Positions 40,307 through 48,715 of a DNA stretch of 64,000 nucleotides are shown in pieces; position 1 is the stretch's first letter; each line of letters begins with the position of its first letter. The notes beneath the pieces were generated by a model. It saw only the letters and a list, made by a program, of their open reading frames with translations. It was not told the origin of the DNA and searched no databases. The DNA comes from an uncultured Prolixibacteraceae bacterium. GTDB lineage: Bacteria; Bacteroidota; Bacteroidia; Bacteroidales; FEN-979. The position numbers and the translations under genes are program-made. The stretch is taken from positions 5,642-69,641 of the forward strand of contig CAYSAU010000010.1 in NCBI GenBank assembly GCA_964429135.1. Reading direction: 5' to 3'.

Positions 40307-43300
40307 CTATCTTTCCAAGTTTGTATACAACTGATCAATTTCATCCTGCACCTTCATTGTACCGGAAATGGCAGTGGCAATTTTGCAATAGGTAGCCGGG
40401 TCGCTCATCTGTCGACCCTTGCGGTCTTTCAGGTATTTTTCAAGCACCTTGTAGCCCCCGATGTAATAATTCCACATTTCGGGTTCGATGCCTTCAAAAT
40501 ATTTTTTTGGATTGATAAAAACGCGATGGTTTCCTTCATCATAAACCGGCTTTTCAATAAGATCTTCTCCAAGTCCCCGGTACTTTATAATCGGATTGGT
40601 AAGCGCTTTGCTTTTGAGCAGGTGCAATTGGCTGAGTTCTTCGCCCAGTTTTGCCATTTGCAAAAACAGCGTATGATCTAAAGTAAACGGAATCCGCGGG
40701 AAATCTATCTTTAAAAATTCGGCATATTTCTCCCGGTAGGTGTTGCTGTATAATATCGCATAACAGTAATACAATATCTGCTCAGGTGTTGGATTTTTAC
40801 CGTATGCCTTTTCCAACATTTCAAAAACCATTGGTGCAATGTTGGGTTTCTTTCCATCTTTTCTGTACTCAGCTTCCGGCTCAAATAGCATCATGCTTTG
40901 GAGGCCACCTCTCTTTTTCTTTTCTTCGGGTTTGTAGAGATAGAGGGGAAAGAGATATGGATTTGCATTTGCAGTTTCAAGTACATGAAAATCAACAAGT
41001 GTATTTGAAATGAACGTATGTTGAATATGATCGATTCTAACTTGCTTATTTGTAACCAACACAAGATTGCCTTTAAGCATGTGGTACATAAATTCTGGTC
41101 TTCCCCAGTCAATTGTGTTTTCAGAATAATATATTTCTCTTACATCAAATGGACGATAAAGTATTTTTTTAAAATACTGATCCCAGTGTGTATCTTGTGA
41201 TAGTTTTTTCCGTGCTACAGGCATTTTCCAGCCACGAGTATCCTTAAGATTGAATGTCAACCGTAAAAGGTCATCTTCGAATTTTAAATTTCTGAATTGC
41301 CGAATCCTTGCTTCGAGAGTTTCTTTATTAAAATCAATGGCAAAATTGTCCCTTGCAGTCACAATCCCAGTCACATTTACCGGAAAAATCTCATTCACCT
41401 TCATCCAGTCATTGTAATGCTCAATATCTTTTGTGTTTCGTTCGATAAAGAAATACCAGGGACTCACAGGTTTCAGAAGTTGGTATTCTTTCATTTTTAG
41501 TGCATGTGAGTTAAGCCATTTATATTTCTGTTCTCTTTCGCCGTATAGATCAGCATGGTAGATTTTACATCCTTTTGATTTTTCGTTTTTAATAAAAATT
41601 GCAATGGCAACACCTTGCTGTATATCAAATACGTTGACATCTTTGCTGCCATCCGGTGTGGTTTCTTTTTTCAGACTGTTGCCATGTAAATCGAGGATGT
41701 AGATTTCATTGAAAGTACTCATCAAACTTTGTCGCATTCCCCTGAAAGTGGGATTGTCAAGATAGCCGTGGTTGGTGATCATTCCGACAACTCCTTTACC
41801 CGCCTTGTGTATTTTCCACTGGGCGAAACGAAGAAACTTAACATAATCATCCTGCAACCATAGTTTTTTCTCCTGAAGTTTTGTTCCGTCCATTTCATAA
41901 TAACTCTGGGCACCGTCGATATTGGTTTTCAGGAGTTTTTCGGTCCATTTGTTGATGTTGGCAGATATGCCGCTGTAGGGCGGGTTTCCCATGATTACCA
42001 GGACGGGATTTTCTTTTTTAATCTTCCCGGCTTCATGGCTTTCCTCGCTCAGGCTTTCCAGTCCCGGGATTAGTGTCTGGCTGAGGTCTTCCATGTCGAG
42101 GGTGTTGGTGAGATAGAGTTTGAAACGCTCATAGTTAGTCATGGTATAGCCCAGTTCTTCCAGCAGGAAACTCATCTTGATATGCCCGATGGCATAAGGG
42201 GCCATCATCAGCTCAAAGGCATAAAAATCCCTGAGGATGTGCTCGCTGATCAGCTTCTTTACACCACCCTCGCCATACTTACCAGCATATTCCTTTACCG
42301 CCAGTTTGATCGCTTCAGCGGGGAAAGTGAGCGTTCCCCCGGCAGGATCCAGCAGGGTAACCTCTTTGCTGGCGAGGCCGTCATCAAGATTGAAATGGGT
42401 TTTCAAAATTTCATGAACGCTGCGTACGATGTAGCGCACCACCGGTTCGGGTGTGTAATAAACGCCACGTTTTTCGCGGGTTGCCGGGTCGTATTCGCTC
42501 AAAAAGGTTTCATAAAAATGCATGATCGGGTCTTCTCCCTTGCCAGCCTTGTAGTATTGTTGCAATATATTTTTAACATCGGCAGCATTCAGCACTTCAG
42601 CGATGTCGTCGACCATCACCTCCATGTTTGCAGGCAGATCGCCCTGGGAAACAAACCGGAAGACATTCCGGAGAATCCCGATTGTTTTAGGAATTAAATC
42701 ATAAGCAAGTTTCCGGTTAAAACCGTCGGAACTTCTGGTTCGTGCGGCAAACAGGCCGTAGGTGATGGTTTGCGAAAACAAGTCGGCAAAATCCTTTTCA
42801 GTGAGATGAGAGATCAGGAATTTTTTGAAGGTTTCATAAAAGCCATAGAGTTCACCTTTGCCTTTTTCCTGTTGTTCCAGTTCGACGGAGATCACCTCAT
42901 CACGTAAAAAGCGGGTCCGTAGTGCCAGTTCCCTGGCCAGTTGTTCGGCTGTGGTAACCTTTGGTAGCGAGAATGAAAAGAACTTTGAAAGCAGCGCTTT
43001 GAATTTTTCTTCATTTTCAATGGGAGGCGGAATTCCTTTCTTCGCAAGAGCAGAGCGGGCGATAAAGGTTTTATCAATCAGTATGCCTGAGCGGTAAAGA
43101 CGGAATTCGTAAAAATCAGTGAGGATTACATTCGGGAAAGTTTTTAAATAGCGCTTCAGTTGTTGCGAATCTTCAATCAGGTTCAGGTTTTCGCCTGGTT
43201 TCTTTGCCTCGATATACCCGACAATGTTTTCTTTTCCGTCCCAAACCCTGAAGTCGGGATTACCGGCCTCTGTTTTCTTTGGCAGGGTGGTGATTTGCGT

Positions 43301-43426
43301 TTTGTTCTTGCCGATACTCAAGGCATAATCAAACAGAAAATTGGAAAAGTGTGGGTAATAACTTTCTTCCCTGGCATCTCCCCGGGTAGTCGTTTTTATG
43401 ATATAATCCAGGTAATCTTTAATCAT
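40307..43426 (-). CDS. MmeI-like single-polypeptide type IIG/IIL restriction-modification enzyme (PD-ExK nuclease + gamma-class N6-adenine methyltransferase + target-recognition region)
   Basis: The N-terminus NPDFRVWDGKENIVGYIEAKKPG...VILTDFYEFRLY parallels the MmeI D-x13-ExK nuclease motif. LLDPAGGTLTF is motif I and VIMGNPPYSG is motif IV (NPPY). A long C-terminal region follows. Confidence 0.75.
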   Translation of the reverse strand: MIKDYLDYIIKTTTRGDAREESYYPHFSNFLFDYALSIGKNKTQITTLPKKTEAGNPDFRVWDGKENIVGYIEAKKPGENLNLIEDSQQLKRYLKTFPNVILTDFYEFRLYRSGILIDKTFIARSALAKKGIPPPIENEEKFKALLSKFFSFSLPKVTTAEQLARELALRTRFLRDEVISVELEQQEKGKGELYGFYETFKKFLISHLTEKDFADLFSQTITYGLFAARTRSSDGFNRKLAYDLIPKTIGILRNVFRFVSQGDLPANMEVMVDDIAEVLNAADVKNILQQYYKAGKGEDPIMHFYETFLSEYDPATREKRGVYYTPEPVVRYIVRSVHEILKTHFNLDDGLASKEVTLLDPAGGTLTFPAEAIKLAVKEYAGKYGEGGVKKLISEHILRDFYAFELMMAPYAIGHIKMSFLLEELGYTMTNYERFKLYLTNTLDMEDLSQTLIPGLESLSEESHEAGKIKKENPVLVIMGNPPYSGISANINKWTEKLLKTNIDGAQSYYEMDGTKLQEKKLWLQDDYVKFLRFAQWKIHKAGKGVVGMITNHGYLDNPTFRGMRQSLMSTFNEIYILDLHGNSLKKETTPDGSKDVNVFDIQQGVAIAIFIKNEKSKGCKIYHADLYGEREQKYKWLNSHALKMKEYQLLKPVSPWYFFIERNTKDIEHYNDWMKVNEIFPVNVTGIVTARDNFAIDFNKETLEARIRQFRNLKFEDDLLRLTFNLKDTRGWKMPVARKKLSQDTHWDQYFKKILYRPFDVREIYYSENTIDWGRPEFMYHMLKGNLVLVTNKQVRIDHIQHTFISNTLVDFHVLETANANPYLFPLYLYKPEEKKKRGGLQSMMLFEPEAEYRKDGKKPNIAPMVFEMLEKAYGKNPTPEQILYYCYAILYSNTYREKYAEFLKIDFPRIPFTLDHTLFLQMAKLGEELSQLHLLKSKALTNPIIKYRGLGEDLIEKPVYDEGNHRVFINPKKYFEGIEPEMWNYYIGGYKVLEKYLKDRKGRQMSDPATYCKIATAISGTMKVQDEIDQLYTNLER

Positions 43427-43484
43427 CCTTGATTATTTTTTCATCAAAGTCACCAATGCAAGTTACCAAATTAAATCTTCTCCT

Positions 43485-43492
43485 TACTTTTG
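43485..43492 (+). promoter_or_regulatory. Putative -7 box (TACTTTTG) upstream of ssnA
   Basis: Exact TAnnTTTG match 16 nt upstream of ATG 43508. It overlaps the track's TTG start at 43490, which argues for the ATG. Confidence 0.4.
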
Positions 43493-43507
43493 AATAGAAT
43501 TAATTTT

Positions 43508-44818
43508 ATGGTACTTTTAAAAAACGGCATATTTATCGACTGGCAGACCTTGGCATTCCGGCAGAAGGATATCCTCGCAGAACCCAATCCCCTCACTCCC
43601 GACTTCGCTCCCGGACAAAATCCCCTCTCCCCCGACCCCTCTCCCGGAGGGAGAGGGGAGCGTAACGAAACCGTTATTCATACCCTCGATTGCCGCGGTA
43701 AATACATTACCAAATCCTTTGCCAACGGGCATCACCATGTGTATTCCGCATTGGCCAGGGGGATGAATGCTTCGAAGAAGAATCCTGAAAATTTCCAGGA
43801 GATATTACAATATATCTGGTGGACGCTCGACAAATCACTGGATCGAGAAATGATCCGCGCCAGCGCGCTGGTCACAGCCATAGCCTGCGCCAAAAACGGG
43901 GTCACCTTTGTTATCGATCATCATGCTTCCCCCTTCGCCATCGATGGCAGTCTTGAAATTATCGCTGAAGCTTTTGAAGAAGTGGGGGTGAATCATCTCC
44001 TATGTTATGAGATCTCGGATCGTGACGGGCTGAAAATAGCTGAAAAGGGATTGAATGAAACGGCTGCATACCTTTCAAAAAGACAGGGACTGGTTGGATT
44101 GCATGCCTCCTTTACCGTCGGAGATAAAACACTGAAACAGGCAGTTGACCTGGCTGGTAAAACAAATTCAGGCATTCATATCCATGTAGCCGAAGATCTG
44201 TCGGATGAGAAACATTGTGAACAGCATTATCAGAAAAGGGTGATCGAACGGCTTTCCGATGCTGGAGTGCTGCAGTTCCCGAAATCAATCCTCGGTCACT
44301 GCATACATCTCAATGACAGGGAAAGAAGCCTGGTTTCTGATTCTCCTTCCTGGGTTGTGGAGAATATGGAAAGCAATCTGAACAATGCTGTCGGCTTTTT
44401 TAATTCAGAAGGCCTTGGTTCAAGGATTATGCTGGGAACAGATGGTATGCATAGTGATATGCTGCGGAGTGCAAAGGCGGCTTTTTTTGCCGGACATCTT
44501 TATGATACCATCGATTATGCCGGGACATACCGGCGCTTCAGGAACGTTCATCATTACCTTGACCGGAACGGATTTTCAGGTGACGGGGAAAACAATCTTG
44601 TGGTTCTGGATTATGATACACCCACACCCCTGACCCAAAATAATTTTCCCGGGCATTTTCTTTTCGGATTGGAGGCTAAACATGTCAAACATGTGATCTC
44701 AAACGGGAAACTGATTGTGGAAGATGGGAAAATGATGACAGTGGATGAAGATAAAATCCTGTATGAATCCCGGCTGCAGGCAAGCCGTCTCTGGGAAGCC
44801 ATGAAACAAATTTCCTGA
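43508..44818 (+). CDS. ssnA: SsnA-like amidohydrolase (putative aminohydrolase of the ygf/yge purine cluster)
   Basis: MVLLKNG..., ANGHHHVYS (HxH), VIDHHASP, GLHASFTV, GIHIHVAEDL, LGHCIHL and LGTDGMHSDM are colinear with remembered E. coli SsnA. Confidence 0.88.
   Translation: MVLLKNGIFIDWQTLAFRQKDILAEPNPLTPDFAPGQNPLSPDPSPGGRGERNETVIHTLDCRGKYITKSFANGHHHVYSALARGMNASKKNPENFQEILQYIWWTLDKSLDREMIRASALVTAIACAKNGVTFVIDHHASPFAIDGSLEIIAEAFEEVGVNHLLCYEISDRDGLKIAEKGLNETAAYLSKRQGLVGLHASFTVGDKTLKQAVDLAGKTNSGIHIHVAEDLSDEKHCEQHYQKRVIERLSDAGVLQFPKSILGHCIHLNDRERSLVSDSPSWVVENMESNLNNAVGFFNSEGLGSRIMLGTDGMHSDMLRSAKAAFFAGHLYDTIDYAGTYRRFRNVHHYLDRNGFSGDGENNLVVLDYDTPTPLTQNNFPGHFLFGLEAKHVKHVISNGKLIVEDGKMMTVDEDKILYESRLQASRLWEAMKQIS
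43586..43658. repeat. REP-like GC-rich element inside the ssnA CDS: two 18-nt imperfect direct repeats plus a 10-bp perfect hairpin
   Basis: AATCCCCTCACTCCCGAC (43586-43603) and AATCCCCTCTCCCCCGAC (43619-43636) are imperfect direct repeats. CCCCTCTCCC-GGA-GGGAGAGGGG (43636-43658) is a perfect hairpin. The element is translated in frame as NPLTPDFAPGQNPLSPDPSPGGRGE. Confidence 0.7.
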
Positions 44819-44827
44819 AACAGAAAA

Positions 44828-46165
44828 ATGAGACCTATCCTGATCCGGAACGGCAGCATTATCAACGGAAATGAACAGATCCGTGCAGATGTTTTATTGG
44901 AAAAAGGTCAGGTCTCTGCCATGGGGAATATCAATTTAGAAAAGGTCAGGGATGCTGAAGAGATCGATGCCCGGGGGAAATTTATCCTGCCCGGAGGTAT
45001 TGATCCCCATGTTCACCTTGCTTTACCCACTCCTGCAGGAAATTCCTCCGATGATTTCATTTCAGGTAGCAAAGCGGCCTTGGCCGGAGGAACCACCACG
45101 ATGATCGATTTTGTTACTCCCCATCGCGGACAATCACTGAAGGAAGCCTACCGCCTGCGTAAAGCCGAAACGGCAGCCAGTCATATCAACTGCGGGCTTC
45201 ATCAGGGCATCAGTGAATGGAATACTGCGATTGCCAGAGAGGTTATCCCTATGATTGAAAAGGAAGGAGTCAGGTCTTTCAAGGCTTACCTGGCTTATCG
45301 CGAATCCATCGGGATAGGGTATGATGAACTGGAAGAACTGATGCGGATTGCCGGATCGGCAGGCGCACTGGTGATGGTACATTGTGAAGACGGAGAAATG
45401 GTGAGCCATTTGCAACAATCTTTTCTTAAAGAAGGTAAGACAAGACCGGCATTTCATGCAAGCTCCAGGCCACCGGAAGCAGAAATCAGTGCAATAGAAC
45501 GTGTGATTGAACTATCCGGAAGAACCGGATGTAAAACTTATATTGTTCATATTTCTACCCGGAAGGGAGCTGAAATAGTGGGTACAGCTAAAAAAGTGGG
45601 TGTCAGGGTTTACGGAGAAACCTGTCCTCAATATCTTCTCCTGGATGATTCGGTATATAGCCCTGACAGAAGTGATGCAGATGTTTTACCCTATATAATT
45701 TCCCCGCCTATCCGTGGAAAGAAAGAACAACAAGGACTCTGGGAAGCGCTTGCGGATGGATTTATCGATGTGGTTTCCACCGATCATTGTCCGTTCAATC
45801 TTCACGGACAAAAAGATCTTGGGATGAATAATTTCACCAGGATTCCAAACGGAGCCGGAGGGATAGAACACCGTTTAAGCTTGATATATACTTATGGTGT
45901 TCTTTCTGGCAGGATCAGCCTGAACCGTTTCGTGGAGCTGGTTTCAGCCAATCCTGCTGAAATTTTCGGGATGGGGCTGACCAAAGGCAGAATTAAACCG
46001 GGATATGATGCCGATATCCTGATCTGGGATCCGGATTTTTCCGGTATCATTTCGGTAAAGAATCATATTCAGCATTGCGATTCAGAGATCTACGAAGGCT
46101 TTAAGGTTAAGGGACGGGCTGAAAAGGTTATTCTTGATGGTGAAATCGTAGACAGTAAATCGTAA
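44828..46165 (+). CDS. hyuA: Hydantoinase/dihydropyrimidinase family amidohydrolase (HyuA/YgeZ-like)
   Basis: PGGIDPHVHL, SFKAYLAY, VHCEDGE, ETCPQYLLLD, ISPPIR and VSTDHCPF are colinear with E. coli HyuA from memory. Confidence 0.88.
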   Translation: MRPILIRNGSIINGNEQIRADVLLEKGQVSAMGNINLEKVRDAEEIDARGKFILPGGIDPHVHLALPTPAGNSSDDFISGSKAALAGGTTTMIDFVTPHRGQSLKEAYRLRKAETAASHINCGLHQGISEWNTAIAREVIPMIEKEGVRSFKAYLAYRESIGIGYDELEELMRIAGSAGALVMVHCEDGEMVSHLQQSFLKEGKTRPAFHASSRPPEAEISAIERVIELSGRTGCKTYIVHISTRKGAEIVGTAKKVGVRVYGETCPQYLLLDDSVYSPDRSDADVLPYIISPPIRGKKEQQGLWEALADGFIDVVSTDHCPFNLHGQKDLGMNNFTRIPNGAGGIEHRLSLIYTYGVLSGRISLNRFVELVSANPAEIFGMGLTKGRIKPGYDADILIWDPDFSGIISVKNHIQHCDSEIYEGFKVKGRAEKVILDGEIVDSKS

Positions 46166-46173
46166 TTCTGAGA

Positions 46174-47364
46174 TCACAACACCCTGTTTCTTCCCCGATG
46201 CTCCATATTTCTGAGTACACCGGCGGGGTTTTCAAAACGGTTGGTCAGCATCATAGAGGCGATGATATAGGGCTTAAAGCCTGCCTGTTTATACAAAGGA
46301 ATGCGGTAGCGCTCAAAAACAGAAGCCGAAACTTCACCTTCTGCACACGAAACGCTGGAAATATCAGCTGGCAGGCAATGCATGTATAAAGCTTTTCCCT
46401 CTTTGGTCAGTTTCATTTTTTCCTCGGTGCATTCCCATTCTTTAAACCGGGCGTTGTTGGCAAGGCAGGCTTTCTCGAGATCCTTCAGGCCGGCATAATC
46501 ATTTTTATGGAGCAAATCCATCCGCTGCTGCATGACATGATAAGGCGCCCAGCTTTTTGGATACACGATATCAGCATTTTTAAAGGCATCATCCATTGAG
46601 TTAACCACCCGGAAGCTTCCTCCGCTTTCTTTTGCTTGTTTGCCGGCCAGTTCAACCACTTCAGGGATCAGTCCGTAGCCTTCGGGGTAAGCCAGGTCTA
46701 CTTCCATGCCCATGCGGGTCATCAGTCCGATAATGCCCTGGGGGACAGATAGCGGCTTGCCGTAGCTGGGAGAATACGCCCAGGTCATAGCGATCTTTTT
46801 ACCTTTCAGGTTTTCCAGTGAACCGAACACGGTTTTCAAGTGAAGCAGGTCGGCCATGGATTGTGTGGGATGGTCAATATCGCATTGAAGATTGATGATG
46901 CCTGGTCGCTGAGGCAGAACACCGTTGGTATAAGCTTCATCAAGGGCTGCTCCGACTTCACGCATGTAAGCATTTCCGGCACCCAGGAACATATCGTCGC
47001 GGATGCCGATGATATCGCTCAGGAATGAAATCATGGCGGATGTTTCCCTTACAGTTTCTCCATGTGCGATCTGGGATTTCCCCTCATCAAGATCCTGGAT
47101 GGCAAGGCCCAGAAGGTTGGCTGCAGAAGCAAAGGAAAACCTGGTCCGGGTTGAATTATCGCGAAACTGGGAAATAGCCAGCCCGGAATCGAAACAGCGT
47201 ACCGAAATGTTCCGGTCGCGCAGATATTTTAAAATTTCTGCCACAATAAGCACGGTTTCCAGTTCTTCCTGTGATTTCTCCCAGCTCAGTAAAAAATCCT
47301 TTTGAAACAGACTTGAAGCCTTCTCCTCAGTCTTACCTATAAACTCCTTTAAAATCCTATCCAT
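46174..47364 (-). CDS. ygeW: YgeW knotted carbamoyltransferase
   Basis: 396 aa with long near-identical stretches to remembered E. coli YgeW: FRDNSTRTRFS, DLDEGKSQIAHGETVRET, GIRDDMFLGAGNAYMREVGAALD, NLQCDIDHPTQSMADL, KIAMTWAYSPSYGKPLSVPQGIIGLMTR, YMHCLPADIS. Confidence 0.95.
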   Translation of the reverse strand: MDRILKEFIGKTEEKASSLFQKDFLLSWEKSQEELETVLIVAEILKYLRDRNISVRCFDSGLAISQFRDNSTRTRFSFASAANLLGLAIQDLDEGKSQIAHGETVRETSAMISFLSDIIGIRDDMFLGAGNAYMREVGAALDEAYTNGVLPQRPGIINLQCDIDHPTQSMADLLHLKTVFGSLENLKGKKIAMTWAYSPSYGKPLSVPQGIIGLMTRMGMEVDLAYPEGYGLIPEVVELAGKQAKESGGSFRVVNSMDDAFKNADIVYPKSWAPYHVMQQRMDLLHKNDYAGLKDLEKACLANNARFKEWECTEEKMKLTKEGKALYMHCLPADISSVSCAEGEVSASVFERYRIPLYKQAGFKPYIIASMMLTNRFENPAGVLRNMEHRGRNRVL

Positions 47365-47380
47365 AATAAATGCTTAATTC

Positions 47381-48592
47381 TTAATTCCTCATTCTTAATT
47401 CCTCACTGACATAGTATGCCATTGCCGCATAAAACGCCGAAGCGGCCACCAGGTCGCTGACGGGAACTTTTTCGTTGGGGGCATGAGCCAATACTTCATT
47501 GCCCGGACCAAAACCGATACAGGGAATCTGGTAAAATCCATTAATGGTCACCCCGTTGGTCGAAAAGGTCCACTTATCCGTGAGGGGCTTCTTGCCGAAA
47601 AGGCCTGAAAATACTTCCTGGGCACGGACCACAAGGTAATGATCTTCTTCGATTTTCCAGGTGGGATAGTACTTTTCCATGCCATAGTGAAGGCCGGTAT
47701 AAGCTGTTTCTTCGTAATGAAGAACCTGGATTTCGGCATCCATACCCTGAAGAATTTCACGGATCTCAGCTACAGCGGATTCTTTGGTTTCTCCCCAGGT
47801 CAGGCGGCGGTCAAGATGTATTTTTGCATAATCGGCAACAGCACAAAGAGAAGGACTTCCCGAAATGAATTCTGAAATTGTAACGCTTCCTTTGCCAAGG
47901 AAATCATCCGTTTTCAGCCGTTCGTTCAGTTTTTCGATTTCCAGGCAGGCACGGGAAGCCATGTAAATGGCATTTTTCCCTCGTTCAGGAGCGGAGCCAT
48001 GGGAAGAAATACCGCGGAAGGTCACTTTAATTTCCATTCTTCCCCTGTGTCCCCGGTAGATATTAAGGTTGGTTGGTTCAGTGAGGACCACAAAGTCAGG
48101 TTTGATTTTTTCTTCTTCAATAAGATATTTCCAGCAGAGTCCGTCGCAATCTTCTTCCATCACGGTTCCGGTGAAATATATGGTCAGGTCGCGGTTAAAA
48201 GCCAGATCTTTCAGTATTCTCCCTGCGGTGACAAATGCGGCAGGACCTCCCTTTTGGTCAACGCTTCCCCTTCCATGAACATAAGCATTTTTGATTTCAC
48301 CCGAAAAGGGATCGAAATTCCAGTTGGCGATATTGCCGACATCCACGGTGTCGATATGTCCGTCGAAAACCAGGATCTTACTTCCGTTACCGATACGTCC
48401 GATCACGTTTCCAAGTCTGTCGATGCGTGCTTCATCGAAACCGGCTGCCAGCATCTGCCTTTTAAGTTCTTCGGCCACATCTTTTTCCCGGGTGCTCAAA
48501 GAACGGATTTTAACCAGTTTTGATAAATTGCCGGCGGTGTAATCCGCGTATTTTTCTGCTAATTCGTTGATTTTGTATAATAGATCTTTCAC
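47381..48592 (-). CDS. ygeY: YgeY M20-family hydrolase
   Basis: 403 aa. GHIDTV, GRGSVDQKGG, EEDCDGLCW, YRGHRGRMEI, SHGSAPERG, RLTWGET, DKWTFSTNG and GFGPG..V.AHAPNE match remembered E. coli YgeY. Confidence 0.92.
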   Translation of the reverse strand: MKDLLYKINELAEKYADYTAGNLSKLVKIRSLSTREKDVAEELKRQMLAAGFDEARIDRLGNVIGRIGNGSKILVFDGHIDTVDVGNIANWNFDPFSGEIKNAYVHGRGSVDQKGGPAAFVTAGRILKDLAFNRDLTIYFTGTVMEEDCDGLCWKYLIEEEKIKPDFVVLTEPTNLNIYRGHRGRMEIKVTFRGISSHGSAPERGKNAIYMASRACLEIEKLNERLKTDDFLGKGSVTISEFISGSPSLCAVADYAKIHLDRRLTWGETKESAVAEIREILQGMDAEIQVLHYEETAYTGLHYGMEKYYPTWKIEEDHYLVVRAQEVFSGLFGKKPLTDKWTFSTNGVTINGFYQIPCIGFGPGNEVLAHAPNEKVPVSDLVAASAFYAAMAYYVSEELRMRN

Positions 48593-48715
48593 AAAATAGT
48601 TTTTTATGAATCGGTAAATTTACAAAAGAATCATACTCAGGCTGGTAATTTCATTAAATATCCTGTTCATGAAAAAGAATAATTATCTTTAGCGGTCCAT
48701 TGTATACGCTGCAAT

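Noticed and set aside
43490-43507. TTG start for ssnA given in the track
   Set aside because: It overlaps the predicted -7 promoter box (43485-43492). ATG 43508 gives MVLLKNG..., which aligns with the SsnA N-terminus.
31620-48592. In-frame TGA (selenocysteine) candidates in the selenium-associated cluster
   Set aside because: All cluster genes read as uninterrupted ORFs of the expected length, and no split gene pair bridged by TGA was seen. Selenium, if used, would be a labile cofactor ligand rather than Sec.
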